This document shows positions 63,690 to 64,000 of a stretch of 64,000 bases of DNA, piece by piece; position 1 is the first letter of the stretch; each line of letters opens with the position of its first letter. Origin of the DNA: Rhynchobatus australiae (lineage: Eukaryota); NCBI GenBank assembly GCA_034780895.1, contig JAUZTB010000118.1:69655974-69719973 (forward strand), given 5' to 3'. Under the pieces are notes generated by a model. The model worked only from the letters and a program-made list of their open reading frames with translations, did no database searches and had not been told where the DNA came from. Both the position numbers and the translations under genes were made by a program.

Positions 63690-64000
63690 TACACCCAGAA
63701 TATATAAAATTCATTCTCGTTTTTTACTGACTTTCGTTGCTTAGATTTTAAAATTCTCAGCTGAATATTCAATCCTCCCTTGAGCTCATCACTATGTCCA
63801 AAACATTATCCAAACTATCTCCTTACGTGAGTTCATTTGCTGCTGAAGCCCTCGTCCATGCCTTTATTAACCCCTTTCCAGTGCTCTCCTGGCCCGATGC
63901 CCCCATAAACCTGAGATCATTCAAAACTCTGCTGTCCATGTCCTAACACAAACCAGGAACCATTCACCCTACTTCCTGTGCTTTCTAATCTACAATTTCT
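63690..64000 (+). mobile_element. L2 LINE relic
   Basis: AAEALVHAFI...ALLA / IIQNSAVHVLT (L2 RT C-terminal motifs). Confidence 0.7.

Noticed and set aside
1-64000. CRISPR arrays, operons, prokaryotic or viral systems
   Set aside because: No regularly spaced repeats or dense ORFs; the sequence is vertebrate intronic and intergenic DNA.

Overview
Eukaryotic, AT-rich, CpG-depleted draft-assembly DNA with many N gaps. The repeat landscape (V-SINE/HE1-type SINEs, Deu-domain SINEs, CR1, L2, RTE, Rex-Babar, Penelope-like elements) points to a cartilaginous fish, probably an elasmobranch. The only host gene is the 5' part of ZNF608 on the minus strand. Its ATG-containing exon spans 26492..25381 (CDS 26316..25381, 312 codons), followed by a ~23.9-kb intron and a 253-nt exon (1466..1214); the gene continues off the left edge. 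Candidate non-coding first exons and a CCAAT/CATAAA core promoter lie at ~28.3-30.6 kb. The rest (31-64 kb) is an upstream gene desert of retroelement debris and a few likely conserved non-coding elements. The most notable structure is a dispersed Penelope-like terminal repeat (about 11 copies). It carries a minimal type-I hammerhead ribozyme motif with covarying stems and a loop-less palindromic stem III, and includes a tandem pair, fold-back mini-insertions and two insertions with perfect 16-bp target duplications. Also notable: an out-of-frame uORF overlapping the ZNF608 start codon, circRNA-compatible exon architecture, and V-SINEs with tails from two different LINE clades. No database searches were run; repeat boundaries are approximate unless stated as exact.
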